DNA from: Psilocybe cubensis
Taxonomy: Eukaryota
Direction of reading: 5' to 3'
Length of the DNA: 64,000 nt
Assembly: GCA_017499595.2 (NCBI GenBank)
Contig: CM039009.1
Location: 1,612,001-1,676,000 of the forward strand
Of the stretch, positions 61,648 to 64,000 are shown one piece after another (within the stretch, counting starts at the first letter, position 1; each line of letters opens with the position of its first letter). The notes under the pieces were generated by a model. The model made no database searches, had not been told where the DNA came from, and saw only the letters and a program-made list of their open reading frames with translations. The translations under genes were made by a program, and so were the position numbers.

Positions 61648-63732
61648 ATTGAATGAAATTGATGGGACAAGCAAGTATAGGAACATCCAGCAAAAGCAAA
61701 ACTGCCACCAAAAAAATACGGAAAATTGGAGAAAAGGCATATACAGCATGGAACACACACACACACACACACACAAACGCAAACGCAAACGGAAACGGAA
61801 ACGGAAACGCACATGTAAACGGAAGCACAAACACAAATATATGGTCTCCGCTCCTCCCACATCCTGCGCTGATCTAGACTAGACTAGACTAGATGAGACG
61901 AACGAACGAACGAAGCGACGCCGCGGATGCAGCTGCAAAATTATGTATTATACCCATCATCACCTCCGCCCCATTGCCTCCAACGGACTACGGACTACGG
62001 ACTGCAAACATGGAACATATTCGCTTTGATCTCACCCACTACACTCTCCACTCCATCCCACGGACTCGCCTTTCCTTCCTTTCCTTCCTTACCTTCCTTA
62101 CACCCTACTTGTTTCCCTCATACCCTCATTTCTTCCTCCGTCTTTTCCTCGTTCCCTTATTCCCTCCTCTCCTTTTCTCATTTCCTTGTTCCTACTGCCT
62201 TTCACCGTTCGTTCCTTTGTTCTCTCCCAAATACGACACGACCGTCGACGATCATTTACCTATTACTCTATCAACCTAACCCCATAGTATATCCTTCTTT
62301 TTCGACGGGCGGCCTTTGCATTCGCGCTCGCGCTCGCCTTTGCCTTCGCATCCATACCCAGTCGCTTCCGTCTTTACCACTACCACCATCCTACTATTAC
62401 CACCACAACCACCGCCTACGCTGCTACTCACGCACCTACCAACCTATCAACCAACCATCCTACCCGCCGCCCGCCGCCCGCCGCCCACCACCCACCGCTC
62501 CCGCTCTCCCGCACAGCGCACAGCGCGCCCTTGTATAACCACCAATAATTGTATATCTACGCCTGAACCAGAACACAATGTAGCCCTTTGTCTCGTTTTC
62601 TCGTTTTCTCGTTTTCCTCCTTTTTTGTTTCGTTTTCTTGTTTCGTTTCGTTTCGTTTCGTTTTCTTGCTTCCTTTCGTCTTGTTTCGTCTTTTTCGAGC
62701 TTCAAACTTCGACATTCGCCGTCATATTTTTTTTAGTTGGTTATTTGTTAGTTTCGAGTAACCGCGGTTTTTATTTTACTCAATCGAACCAACGTATGAT
62801 TTTATTCATCGGACAACGAATCGATTTCAAAGCTGCCACACTAAACCAACACTCGACTCTCCAAGTCTTCAGTCTAAGTGCCGACTGGAATCGACTCAGT
62901 CCTGATTAGCATGAAACTGGAACGGATTCAAATCACGAAGGTGCCTTAGTTAGCTCAGTAGCTCAGTCCGAGTGAAACTGTGAAACTGCAATAATGACCA
63001 TTGACATGCGTCTCGTTCGCTCTTTCATTTATATAGGATGGATGGGTAGATGGGACCATGGGTAGATGAGTAGATCATGGATGGTACAGATAGGATGAAT
63101 TGAACGCAAACTGTAATTCGAACTCGAGTCTCGAATTCAACGTGCAACGTAAACGCCGTCCCGCGTAACATTTTCGAAGCGCGGTACATTGACGGACAGG
63201 TGAAAAATTCTGCTGTTCTTTGCCTTTGCCTTTTAAATCGCTTTTTTCTAAAGATTTAAAGTTTGTCATTACGTAGCGTACACGTGGAAGCGCGGCGTTG
63301 AGACCGAGCCTCGAGGCGCGCGTCTAACTTGGAAAGCAATTTGGGTTTGAGAGCGCATTGATGCTTGATCGTCAAGTCAGAAAATTTCAATGCGCGTAAG
63401 TATGTATGTCTGGAATCTGGACCGCCTGTCGTGCATGGTTTATGCGCACGATCCAGTAAAGCCATTAGCCAGCTAGGTAACAGTGCTAGTAGCAGTGGGT
63501 TCGGAAATTAAATAAATTGATGTTATATTTAAGAAGTGACTTTCCTATATATTCTAGATTCCACTAGAGCTGGAGCGATGGTCTGGCATAGAATTGCACC
63601 GCCTATAATGGATACAATATTGATTATTGAAATCCACCGCTACACCGCAAGGAAGTGAACGCCTGCGCAACCAACGCATATAAAAAAAACGAACTTAGCA
63701 AAAGATGACACCAATGTTGTGCAATTAAAAAT

Positions 63733-63978
63733 TTAGCCCACCGATCCAGGGTCTTGTACAGGCCATCCTAAACACCACATACACGTTTTGTCTTTCCCAC
63801 TCGCATTGGCGCTCCACAGGTGCTGCCGCGGCTCGCTTACCGCCACGTTCTCTCCGACGGAACCCGGAACAGGGGTTTGATGCGTTGCTGCGGCCACGCC
63901 GCGCGCATTGTTGCCCAGCACCATTTCAAGCAACAGGCGACAGGCAGCCATTGCCCAGCTAGAAGCACTTTGAGTCAA
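63733..63978 (-). CDS. Possible terminal exon of a gene entering from beyond the window
   Basis: GC-rich 81-codon frame starting TTG (not ATG) directly after an acceptor-like CTAG; no recognisable domain. Confidence 0.35.
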   Translation of the reverse strand: MTQSASSWAMAACRLLLEMVLGNNARGVAAATHQTPVPGSVGENVAVSEPRQHLWSANASGKDKTCMWCLGWPVQDPGSVG

Positions 63979-64000
63979 CTAGCTAAGTAAATGTGTATAT

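Noticed and set aside
57037-62909. Many 100-285-aa ORFs in both directions
   Set aside because: They fall in microsatellite-rich introns or downstream DNA and translate to low-complexity sequence; only the spliced DUF6533 exons carry family motifs.

Overview
Eukaryotic, intron-rich fungal DNA; the protein families point to an Agaricomycete (mushroom-forming basidiomycete), which is an inference. The window has two compartments. (1) 1-48.5 kb is an AT-rich, CpG-depleted block of nested transposons. It holds an ~8 kb tail-to-tail fold-back of a dead Ty1/Copia element, two decayed CxC2-KDZ transposase genes, and a near-intact 4.4-kb DNA transposon with CCCTGATG termini and a ~996-aa DDE-like protein of uncertain superfamily. 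It also holds a Tc1 element, an ITm element with a very long D-E spacer, an ORF1-only LINE derivative, a CACTA/CMC-like relic, a long-inverted-repeat element in two copies, and several MITEs. One MITE family (two copies, 8-bp TSDs) carries a strictly 35-bp-phased array of 14-bp palindromes plus TTAGGG-like repeats. (2) 48.5-64 kb is CpG-rich host gene space: a valyl-tRNA synthetase gene (about 17 introns, two in-frame start codons) and a DUF6533-type membrane protein gene with long microsatellite-filled introns whose two ends are partly complementary. All coordinates were read by eye, no searches were run, and the ends of decayed elements are approximate.
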